Shown: positions 48,401 through 59,970 of the stretch, piece by piece
Layout of the letters: every line of letters begins with the position of its first letter
Position numbering within the stretch: position 1 is the stretch's first letter
DNA from: Azolla caroliniana
Lineage: Eukaryota; Plantae; Polypodiophyta
Assembly: GCA_043228905.1 (NCBI GenBank)
Contig: JBHGNT010000017.1
Coordinates: forward strand, 13,330,001-13,394,000
Reading direction: 5' to 3'
Length of the DNA: 64,000 nucleotides
Made by a program: the position numbers and the translations under genes
The notes under the pieces: generated by a model
Seen by the model: only the letters and a program-made list of their open reading frames with translations
What the model was told of the DNA's origin: nothing
Database searches by the model: none

Positions 48401-50032
48401 GTCGGAAGCCATCGCCGACCAAGGTAGACGCCATCTCGGCAATGAAGGAGGAGTGCGGGTCCATCACAGAGGTCCGATGGTTCCTGGGGGCATGCGCCTT
48501 CTACCACATATGGATCCCTCATTACGCGCACATCGCTGAACCACTCTACGGCCTGCTAAAGAAGAACAGGAAATTCGAATGGACGAAGGAACATACGGAG
48601 GCGGTCCGGAAACTAAAACGAATGCTTACCGCAGCACCGGCTTTGCACAAAGCAGAATACGCACCAGGAACTCTGGTCTACATCACTGTGGACACCAGCC
48701 CGACTGGGATCGGGTGGGTCATGAATCAAAAGGACGAAGACGGCACACGCTTCCCTATCTGGTTTAGTGCGAAGGTACTAAACGAGCGACAACGAGTGTA
48801 CGCCCAAGTCAAGCACGAGCTGTGGGGTATCGTTTCGGCGGTCAAGGTCGACAAAGACTACCTAATCGGGATAGAAGTAATTATCGAAATAGACTGCTTG
48901 CCGATTCTTGGTATGGTCTCCGGATGCGCAACTCCCGACCTAGCCATGCTTAGGTGGATTGCATACATCAAGTCCCTGAACCCGGATATACGACACATCT
49001 CGGGTAAAGACAACGCCATGGCCGATATGCTTTCTAGAGCAAGATTTGAGGATGAGGACGGCATGGTATCAGAGAGCGAAGAAGTTGGCGCAGACTTCTT
49101 TGAATCACGGAGCTGGACGGGACGCAAATAACGACTCCGGTGGACGGGAAGCGGATAAAAGCCTTCAAGAGACGAAACGAGGAGGAACCGGACCCGGGAG
49201 CCGAAAGCACCAGTTCAGGAAGAGAGGACGAGTAACCGATGGCCCGGAATCCTCCACTAAATTCACCATCTGGCACATACTGGAGGATGTGCGGTTTAGT
49301 GGGGGTGGATGTCGTGAAGATTCCAGGCCATAGGTAGAAACAAGGTGAAACGCGCAGGAACACCGGTTTATGCGAGTGCACGCCTCAAGAGAATTAAATA
49401 GGGAAAGTACTACGCATGAGTATACGGAGGGGCACTAGGTAGTTAGAGCATTAAAGAAGAAATAGAACATCACATATGTAGGGAGAGTTACGAGGGGAGT
49501 GAATCAGGGGAAAGAATCTTGAAAGGGAAAGTGACGGGTCATGTATGCTTGTAACGGTCGCCCCTTGTGCTATAAAAGGGATGACCTTCAATTGTCTTCG
49601 AGAGGCCATTTTAGAGAGGAGAGTAAGGACAGGTCTTCGGAAGGTGCTTCCCCTGCACATGGCAGATGCCCGAGTGCTCCCGTCCAAGGGATCGACCTTC
49701 AGCGTGCCCACGTACCTTTGTGTCTGGCTATTGCCAAGCTCTGCGCTCTACCACCGGCTTTGATCCGGTTGTAATCACCCACAACACCGTGCACCTGTGT
49801 TGTTTAATAGAAACCTTCTCTACCTAACAGACGTTGTTCTCAGTGTCTTGCTCGTGTTTGCGTCTACGCATGACTCTCTTACCCTCTCTAGTTCGCTAGC
49901 CTTACTTGTTTTCCCGTGGTCTCGAGACCTACGCGATCCTCAAACTCCTCCCTCCTCGTTTTCTCGATTCCTTGGTTCGACACCCCCGTGGTCCTGCCCG
50001 ACTTCTACACATCCGCGAGGATTTCCTCGACA
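45435..50032 (+). mobile_element. Ty3/gypsy element of a distinct lineage; gag-PR-RT-RNH remnants, integrase deleted, 3' LTR 49310-50032
   Basis: PR VVALIDHGSEINLM, RT DLYSGYDQF and PFLDDIPIKG, RNH ITVDTSPTGIGW..NAMADMLSR. PPT AGTGGGGGTGGA, then TGTCG...CGACA. Confidence 0.9.
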
Positions 50033-51278
50033 ACGTCAGATCAAAGTGAGTCTGATGAGGCCATGAGTGAAGACGGACCTCCAGAGCAAAGGTCGAAATA
50101 TACCAAGAGGGACTTGAAATCGGCTAACAAAGGGTTGCGTTGATCAACCTGCCAAAAGAACCTCGTAATTAGGTATGGGTACAATGAATACATGGCACAT
50201 AACTGTGCGTACATGACAAAGGTGGTGGAAATACGTGAGTCGGAGAGTTATGTGGAGGCGGCACTGGACACCAAATGGCAATCCACCATAGAGGAAGAAT
50301 ACGGGCACTAGCTGTCAATGAGACTTGGGACCTGGTTGACTCCCCCAAGGGTGTGAAGCTGATTGGATGCAAGTGGGTGTACAAGATCGAGTACAATGCC
50401 GACGTCTCCATCAACCGGTACAATGCCTGACTAGTGACCACAGGCTACGCGCAGTAGCATGACATCGACTACAATGAGACCTTCACGCCAATGGAGAGAT
50501 GACGATAGTCTATGTGGTGTTGGCGGTAGGAGTAGCAAGGGGTTGGCATCTCCATCAAATGGACGTCAAGAACTTATTTCTTCAAGGGGATCTTGAAGAA
50601 TAGGTATTTATGGTCCAATCCCCCGGTTTTCATTCGGAGATGAACAAGTCAACAGTTTGCCAATGAAGGAAGTCAGTTTACGGCCTCAAGCAAGCTCCAT
50701 GTGCTTGGAACTCAAAAATAACGCAACCTTTGCGTAAGATGGGGTTGATGGTCTCGAAGTCTGATTGTTCCTTGTTCATTCGAAAAGGTCCACAGAGTTT
50801 GGTTTGCATATTATTGTATGTGGATGACCTGGTCATCACCACTACCGACCTTGCTGAAATCAGTCGACTCAAGTCCCAGTTGTCGGGCGCATTTGAGATG
50901 AAGGATCTGGGGGACCTTCGCCACTTCCTTGGGATCGAGGTGATCCGCACCCTAGAGGGTATACTAATCATTCAACGACACCATGTCATCAATATGCTCT
51001 TCAAGTTCAGCATTACGGATTGTAAATCTATTGCAACCCCTCTTGATAGAAACTTCAAGATTCGCCCTGGATCCGGAACGGCATGCAATCCGACATGGTT
51101 CCAACGGATAGTCAGAAGCCTAATATACTTGACCATCACATGTCTAAACCTCGGCTATCTGGTCGGACTGATCAGTTAGTTTATGTTACAACCATCAACG
51201 GAGCATCTTCAGTGGACGCATTGACTACAGTGATATTTGAGCGGCATGAAGGATAGAGGACTATTGTATCGACACGAC
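50033..51278 (+). pseudogene. copia family C RT fragment
   Basis: GVKLIGCKWVYKI, HQMDVKN, YGLKQAPCAW, LLYVDDLVI, with many stops. Confidence 0.92.
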
Positions 51279-54200
51279 ATCACCAAATAGCGAGGTAGGA
51301 GTCTGATAGTTCGTCTTTTTGCTCCGAAAGCAGCTTGCATTTTATGAAAAACTCATCAGCCATTTCTTTAAAGGACATACGCTGACTCTCCATCTCGGCA
51401 TTCTCCGCGACCATTTTCTCCTCCCGTTGGCGATTTCTTTCCTCCTCCCGGCGGTTCCATTCTTTCGCATAGTCGAGCGCGGCCTGTAGGTCTAGGACCT
51501 CCTTCGCTTTCTCTGCCACGGTGGCCGCGTATTACTCCAGCTTGCATTTGAGTTCTGCTTCTTTGCTCGCGGCTTGCTCTTGTAACCGGCCCACGGCTTC
51601 ATTCTGCTCGTGTAACCTTTGCTCGGCCTGGGCTTTAAGCTTGGCCATCCGTTTGGAGGCTTCTTCTTTTAAGCGAGCCATGGCGTCTTGATGCCGTTGT
51701 TCGTGTCGCTCGGTCCGCCGTTGTTCTTCTCTAAACTCCGCTCGGTAATCCCGGAGCGGGGGTTCTGTCTGGGTTCCCACCTCCTTGGTTGGACAAGGGG
51801 GTGGTGTCTCTGTCTTCTCCATGGGCGTGACCGACTCGGTTGTTGTGAAGGCATCGACCATTTGTAACGAGTACATCAGTGTGCTGGCCTGGATTGTCAG
51901 GATTGAATCCGTGACGGTGCTTCCATCTATCATCGTTATGCTTGGAGGGGCTTGGTTGCTATGTTTTGGGGAGGGGGCTGGGAGTGCCTCGGTAGTCGGG
52001 GCCGGAAGGCGCAAGAGTTGCTGTTCTGGCCGGTTTTGCTCCCTGGCTGCCAGTTTCCGTTCCGCAACGTGCCATAACTCCGTAGCCACCTTGGCCTGTT
52101 TTTGGGTTGTTTTGATCTTTCGGGCCATGTCTTTGGCTGCCCGCGTAGTGCGATCCAGGTCCCTATATGCCTCGATTAGGTCCGTGTTCAGCTCGGGGAC
52201 CTCCATGAGGAGAGCGGCGTGTTTTGCCTGCTTCTTCCTTCCTATTTTTTGTAGAGCCCGGTCGTCCTTGGGCTCAATTTCACCTAATAGCGCGCGTTGA
52301 ATCATTTTTGTTTCAGCATGCTCTTCCTCCATTCGAGCGGCTGCCGCGACTTGTGCTCTGGCGAGGAAGTCGACCAGCTCAAATGTCGTGCCGAGGCGGA
52401 GCAGCGCGCTAAACTCGTATGCCTCCGCGGGGAGGTCTTTATAACCGACGACTTCATCCTCTGAGATCTGCGTTGTCTGCCCATGCTCGATCTTTCCCTG
52501 GTTAAGCGATGCCTCTACAGGGACGATGGCCAGGTTGCTCTGGCTGACAACTAAGGCTTGCTCCTGTTGTGGCCCTTTCTGTTCTATTGAGGACTCGCGG
52601 TTGAGTCGTCTTTTCTTGCAGGGTTGCGTTTGGGCTTTCAGGGCCGGTGGTGTCGTTTCCTCCGCCTGCTTCCTTTTCTAAGGCCGTGGTGGTGCTGCCT
52701 GCTGTGTGTTGGGGCGTGGGCTTGGCTCTGGGGGAGTTGCCGAGGGACGCGGCGTTGGCTGTCGAATGGTGACATCGTCGGCCGTGTTATCCTCAATGCC
52801 TGTCTCCTCCTCCCACTCTTGGCAGGTATCGAGAACTGCCCTTTTTTGTTGGGGTTGGGTGGGTGGTGATGCCGATGCGAGGTTTTGGTCGGTGGCAAGA
52901 GGTGAAGGCGGTGTGGGCTCTTCCCATGCTTTGTGGCTGAGGGTACCCAATTTGTCCTTCTTCCTTCGTGGTGGTGGTGGGGACGTGAGTGCCCGAGGGG
53001 AAGGAAGAGAAGAGGGCGGGTATAGAACCGTCAAAAAGTGGGTAAGAACAGACAACATCTTCTTACTTGACTGGAATGAGGTTAAGGCGGCGCCGAGTCC
53101 TTCGCCTGTGATGATTCCCCAGTCGATTCTGTTCCCTTCATAGGCGCTAATGATGATGGTGGCCTTGTTCTGTGGCATGCTCGTCGGGTTCGTATGCACG
53201 AACGCATACTCCATGAATATCCGAGCAATCTCCCCGAAAGCTCTGTTGGGGCCGCCATACGTGCGGTATGCCTTCCCTGAGGAAGAGTACTCACCGAAGT
53301 ACTGTTTCAGCTTCGTTGCCGGGGGTATGTCGACATCATGGTCGCCTCCCCATTGCAGGTCCAAAGCAGCCCGAAGCACGTTGTTGGTGATGGCTTCGGG
53401 AGAAATACGTCTAGCCACTGCTTGGGCGTCCGGGTGCGCGGGGGCATCGATGATCTTCAGGTAACCTCCCATTCCTCGTTCCTGAAGCCAGGCGCGGGTT
53501 TCTGATGAAGTAGTGGAGGCATGATGGAGTGTGCCTGCGTGGAAGAATGAGGCAGAGTGATGAGGTGAGGGCGAGACAGAGAAGGAACAGATGACAGGCG
53601 AGGTGCTGCGGAGGGGCTGTGGGAGCGAAAGATGGTTTGAGAGCAAGAGCGTTTAGGGCGATGAGAGCGAGAAGGAGCTTCAGAGCTTGAGAGCGATGGA
53701 GGTTGGGAGCGATAATGAGCTTCTGTGTATGTACTGCGTTTTGGAATTGGTTTTACTATCTTACTCCTAGGGTTTTGTGCCATAAACGAATCCTAAATAT
53801 TCTGAGTCGTGGGTGCCATAATAAGTGACTAGCGCCACGTGTCCTGAAGGTGAGTGGGGTGCTTCGAGTGTTGTGCATGGGCCTTAAATAGGTACTAAAT
53901 GAGAGGTGGCTAGGGGTGCTCCTAAATTGTGGGTGCCTAGGTGGGTGGTGTAGGTGTAGCTAATCGACGGCTAAACTATGGTTAATCCTACCTACTTTAT
54001 TAATTTCAAAAAGGTGGGTGGGTCCTTATCGAGGGGGACACGTGGCCTCCTCCGTGGTGGTCTCCCGAAGCTCATTTGTGTCGTGCGGCTCGGTAAACGG
54101 GTTGATTGTAGTGCCTGGATATGGTCGAAGTCGAAAACTATTGGCCCAGCTCTTGACAATGTCGCTGGCGAGTGTGCCGAGCTGGAACGTCTCGTTGAAC

Positions 54201-57200
54201 TCGTCGATAATCCAGAATGGACCGGTCCACCGAAATCTTAACTTTCCCGGCATTGACTTGAGTCGTGTTTGAAAAAGAAGAACAGGTTTGCCGATGGTGA
54301 GCTCCTGCTCCAGCCCTTTTCGATGTTGATCCACGAAAGCCTTCCGTTGTCGTTGGCGTTGTTCGAGCTGGGCCATGCTCTCTATCTTGTCTTCGCTGAG
54401 TTCGAGGAGTTGTTCCAGCTGGTATTGCTCGGATTGGGCCTCGGGGAGCCGTGCTTTGACTTGAACTCGAAGGCTCGGGACTTGGAACTCGACGGGCATC
54501 ACGGCTTCTAACCCGAACGCCATTCGAAAGGGGGTTGATTGGATGCTCGTTTTGAAAGTCGTACGATACGCCCAAAGTGCGCTCTGGAGCTTGTCATCCC
54601 AATCAATCCTGTTTTCATTGACGATTTTCTTCAGTATGGTTTGGAGGATTTTATTGGTTGATTCCGCCAAGCCGTTCGCCTACGGGTAGTATGGTGTGCT
54701 TTTCTTGTGCACCACCGTGTAATGCTGTGTAAGCTCACGTATTATATGATTGATGAAGTGTCCACCTTGGTCACTAACGAGCTCGATTGGGCATCCGTAA
54801 TGGCACCAAAGATGTGCTCGTACACGAATTTAACCGTGGATGCCGCCGTGTTGTCTCGGAGAGCTTTAGCCTCGACCCATTTGGTGCAGTAGTCCATGGC
54901 CACGATAATCTACCTATTCCTTGTACGGGCCGAGGGTGGCTTGAAAGGGCCTACAAAATCCAAACCCCATTTTTGAAATGGGTCCAACGGGAGAATCGGC
55001 TGGTGTGGCATCCGTGATTGTTCCATTGGTTGCCCCAATCGTTGGCACAAATCGCACTGTCGGCAAAACTCGTGAGCATCTTTCTTCGTTGTCGGCCACC
55101 ACAATCCGCTTTGCCAAACCTTCCTTGCCGTGGAATCCCCGGCGTAATGTCCCCCGGCTACTCCCTAGTGGGCCTCCTGAAGAACGGCGTTCTTCTCGAA
55201 ATGCCGAATCGCTCGGTGCCATATGCCGTCCGAGCCTTTGTGGTAAAGAATGTCCGAGACGAGGCAAAAATTCCGACTGCGTACTACTAGGCGTTTCCTC
55301 GCGTCAAGGGGCATGTGCTCGGGAGGTAGGCCGGTACTGAGAAAATGGGTCATCTCTGTGATCCATTCATCTTCGTTATCGTCTAGCATCGTGGTCAGGT
55401 TAAATAAGCTGGTATCCGGTAAATCGTTGTACGTTGTTTCTGCCGGTTCCCCTGACTCAAGACGGCTCAAGTAGTCGGCGACGGCGTGTTGGACCCCGGG
55501 TCAATGCTGAATCTGGAAATCAAATTCTTGGAGTAGGAGCATCCACCGAGCCAATTGTCCGGCGAGGGCTTGTTTATTGACCAAATAAAGAAGGGCCGAG
55601 TGATCCACGTGAAAGGTAAACTTCCGGCCCAAGAGGTAATGCCGGAATTTATTGATGCTATAAATCATACCGAGGGCCTCTCGCTCGGTGGTGGAGTAGT
55701 TCTTTTCCGCGGTTGAGAGCCGTCGGCTGCTGTAGTACACGGGCCTATACCAATTCGAGAGTGTACATTGCATCAGGGCGCTTCCGATGGCGATGTCTGA
55801 GGCATCCACGAAGATATGGAATGGTTCGGACCAAACCGGGGGCTGGATCACCAGGGCATGTGAGAGCATTAGTTTCAGGGTTTGGTAAGTCGTGTCCTCA
55901 GTTGACGTCCATTGGAAGGGAAGGCGATGGACTGCCGCGTGTAAAGGTGTCGCAAAATCGGCCAGATGTCGTATCATTCGGCTGTGCCACCTGATTTGTC
56001 CCAAAAATTGGCTTAGTGCCTTTGCGTTCGAGGGTGCGGGGGCGGTCCGGATGGTCTTTACTTTATCCGGGTCCATAGCGATGCCTTCTTGACTGACAAT
56101 GTGGCCGAGAAGGTTGCCGCTAGTGACTAAGAACGCGCATTTCACCGGGTTTAAGCTTAATCGAGCCTGGCGACATCGGTCCAGACAGAGTCGCAGCTGG
56201 GTCATGTGTTCCCGTTGATGGCCATACACGGCGAAATCGTCGACAAAGACTTGCATGAACGCCGGGATGTACTCGTGAAAGATTTCGGTGATGATGTGTT
56301 GGAACGTAGCCGGCGCCATTTTTAGACCGAACATCATTACTTCTGCCACAGAAACACCCCATTCCGTGACGAATGCAGTTTTCTCCTAATCCTTCGGGTG
56401 CATTCTTATCTAGTTATAGCCGTTGAACCCGTCGAGGAAACTGTAGCATTCGTGGTCTGCTACCGTGTCGAGGACACTGTCCGTGAACGGGAGAGGGAAA
56501 CCGTCGGTGACCGTGGCCGCGTTAAGCTTCCAATAGTCGACGCAGACTCGGATTTTTCCGTTCTTCTTTGGGACGACTACGATCGGGCTCAACCACGTGG
56601 CTCGTTTGACAGGGCAAATGAAACCAACTCGGAGTAGTTTGTCGATTTCCTCTTTGACTTTAGCGGCGTAGTTGGGGTTCATCCTGTAGCGCCTCTGCTG
56701 AACCGGCCGAGTGTCGGGTAAGAGGTGGATTTGATGTTGGTCGTATTGAGGGTCCAGCCCCTTCATATCGGTGTAAGACCAAGCGAAAACATCCTGGTAG
56801 TCGGTGAGCAATCGTACGATGGATGCCCATTCCCCGGTTGGTAGATTATTGGCAATTTGTAACGTACGAGGATTCTCGTCCGAGCCGAGGTTTATCGTTT
56901 CCAGTGTTGATGCTTTGACCCATTGTGAAATGGCGAGCTCGTGTTCGAAAGCATCCCGAGCATGGCGTAGCTCCGCAATTGTGGTTGGATCCGGTTCATC
57001 TTGGGGCAGTGATTCCTCCGTGACTTCTTCGTCTTTAGGTGGCTCGATGGTTGGTATGGCGTTGATTTCGAAGAGTGGGATGATCGTGGGATGATCCTCT
57101 AGGAATTCATCGACCTCCTCATCGGCCAAACCGTCGAGCATATGGACCCCCTCCGCGTATAACGGCGAAGTGTTGAGGACCGCGGGGACGCGTTCTTCCA

Positions 57201-59970
57201 TGATAATTCGGACCTTTGTCTTGCCTCATCGGAACGAGATCATGTTGCGTTGCCAATGCTGCTTGATATTCGATGTATGCAACCATGGTCTACCTAGTAA
57301 CATTGGGTAGGCACCTTGTGTCTCCAGTCTTAGCACGACGGCCGAGATGGTGAACATGTGGCCTCCGAGTGTGAAGTCGAGGTGGTGGATTAAACCAATG
57401 GGGCGAACGGAGCGGGTGTCGGCCATCCAGAGCCAAAAGGGGCACGGTTCCCATTGATTTAGGCCGAGGTTGTGACAAGTTGTCTCGCTAATAATGTTTA
57501 CGCCGGATCCGCCGTCTATGATGCATCCGTGCAAGTCTTGTCCTTTAATGATGATTTTCATGGCTGGGTTCTAAGAATCCATGAGTGGTGGACCTGTGCC
57601 TGGTTCGGTGAGGTGAACCAGTGGCGTTACAGGCTTAGTATTGGCCTAGAGTGCAGCCAGGGTGTCCCGAAATCTCGGCATGAGTGGTAACAGCTTATGT
57701 AGGGGCAGCGAGATGCGGGAGTTGGTAAGAGCATCCCATAGGTGGTCGTCCTCCTCCGACGTGGATGGTACCGAGGTTTGTGGTGCTCCACTGGGCCCGT
57801 CTCTCATGTTAGTTTGCATGCGCACGACATTATTTTTATTGGCCGTGTCGATCCATTCTGTTGCTGCCTGACGGACTTCATCTTGGATTTGCCACTGTGT
57901 AGTCTGCGCTTTACTCCGGGTAGTGACGGTTTGAACATCGGCCATGATACTGTTCACCGCGGGTGCCTTGCCACGGTCGGTTGTTGGGCATTGTGTGGCG
58001 TAGTGGCCTGGTTGGTTACATTTAAAACACGTAACGTTGGCCGAGCTGTAGGTGTCCGCTCGGTCTGTGTGTGGAAGCTGTTGCGGTTGATTCCCAGTCT
58101 CGTTTGGTGGTGGGTTGGTCCGAGGTGCGTTGGAGTTGTGCTGGTCATTTTGAGGAGCGTCTCGTCGGCAGTTGTCGTTATGTCTTCTATTGTTGCGTGC
58201 GTTGCAGTTGCCGTTTCGCCGATCATTGCGTGAGTTCCGTCGGTCATACCGGTCATCGCGATCGTCATCATATCGATCATAATCGTCGTGCCGATCATCG
58301 CGATAGCGATCATGGCGGTCATCACGTCGATAGTCGTCGTCTCGGCGCCGTCGATCCGGGGATCGCCGTTGATCGTTATCCTGGTCTCGGTAGGCATATC
58401 GCTCATCCTACCAAGAGTATGTATTTCTTGGCTCGATCTGGTGGACCGGTGCCGTCATTGTGCGGTTCAACATATTATATTCGCACTGCTCGACAGTGTG
58501 AGCTCGAGACTGACAGATCGGACACTGTGGTCGGTGGGGACATTCGAGGGCCAGGTGCCCTGATCCTGAACACGTCATGCATTGGAGAGCTTGGCGAAAG
58601 CGATTGTCCTCTTGGGGAAGAGCGTTTTGTAAGAATGTCATCGAGAAGGCCGCGCTGTGTTGGGTCCGATCGAGGGCGAGAACCCGCGCTATGACTTGTT
58701 CGATAGTATGGTTGGCGAAATTTGTAAGTGCGAGAGTCGTTCGAAGAGGCTCTCGTAAACTAGACAGGAAAGTGTCCGGTATATGATGTGCCGAGACATC
58801 ATCGGCCACTTGTCTGTAGAGATCCTGGAACCGGATCGTGAACTGCGCGACCGTTTCGTGCGGTTCTTGGCATATAGAGAAGAATTGTCGGAGCAGTTCC
58901 CGTTTGGGCACCTCGCGATGAAAAAGTTCAAGGAACTTTGTGCGCACAATTTGGAAAGTGGTGGCCTCTCCTATTTCGAGGCGAGAGTACCATCGTGCGG
59001 CCGGTCCATCGAGGGAGAGTGTGAACTTGGCAATCTTTGAGGCATCGATTTCGGCCGGCGTGAGGCGGTGTGTTGAGTGGTTGGCCTACCACGTGGATAT
59101 GAAGGCACGGATGTGTGACTCCGTGTCTGGTCCGTCGGTGTATCGTGGGTATGGGTATGACATGATGTCGTACTCTGGGTCTTCTGGTAGCACCGGGAAA
59201 GGGTTAAGTTCCGGTTGATTGACCTCCGAAGGGCTTGGCGGGGGTTTTGGTGGTGAATCAACTCGCGATCGAGTGTCCGGTGGCGAGGATTGCACTGGGG
59301 AAGCCTCCGATTGCTCGGGAAAGGATTGGTCAGTGACCGCCGAGTCGGAAGTTCCTTCGACTGGCTCAGGGCGTCGGGAAGGTGGCCAAGACCTCGTGGT
59401 GCGAGGGGGCACCATAACGGCGGCTGGTGGTTACCTTCAACGAGGTTCGCTGTGCACTCACGGCTGTAACCGGGCGTGCCAAATTGTGTTACCCGTTCCT
59501 TTGGGTGAACACCTTCGATAGACCTGCGGCTATCGGTATCCAAGGGCATGGTACATGAAGGCTCGTAAACAGAGGCGTCGTGAGGGAGAAAATAATCAGA
59601 GATAAAACACTAGCGAGATCTTGATAGGCGTGGATGGCGTTGAAATCATAAGTACGAGAAAAAGCACAGACACATGGAGCAAGATGGGCACAAATCAGAT
59701 ATATATTACTGCAACACCCAAAAGATTACAGAACACGGCCTACGGCTGGTGACCTTACAGGATTATCTAGTTACGATGGAATATGCTAGTGCTTCCGCCT
59801 ATATTTTTTCTGCTCCTCCTCTGAGGTACTGGACCTCGTTTAAATAATGTTTCCCTAATACACAGCCGAGCCCGTGATACTCGGACTCAGCGTTCGCTGG
59901 CGTTCTTACCTACTCGGTTACACTACCGTTGTTCGCTAATTTCCTAATTTACATTTCTGTCCTCTAGACA
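51279..59970 (-). mobile_element. Ty3/gypsy element copy 2 (gag-pol-ORF3), 3'-truncated; 5' LTR 59576-59970
   Basis: gag 59549-~57950 (CMTCSGSGHLALEC), PR CIIDGGSGVNII, RT QVFVDDF, RNH IFVDASDIAIG, INT GLDFVGPF/FRWTGPF, ORF3 53783-51280. LTR ends (C)GTCGTGAGG...CCTCTAGACA form an imperfect inverted repeat, and the LTR shares motifs with 23512-23984. Confidence 0.93.
51280..53783 (-). pseudogene. ORF3 of gypsy copy 2
   Basis: ORF pieces 53457-53783, 52678-53646, 51532-52332 and 51280-51519, with an E/K/Q/R-rich heptad-like C-terminus. Confidence 0.82.

Noticed and set aside
57954-58406. Thr/Ile/Met-rich ORFs (also 34722-35168) as membrane or env proteins
   Set aside because: They are alternative frames of the Asp/Arg-rich low-complexity region of gag.
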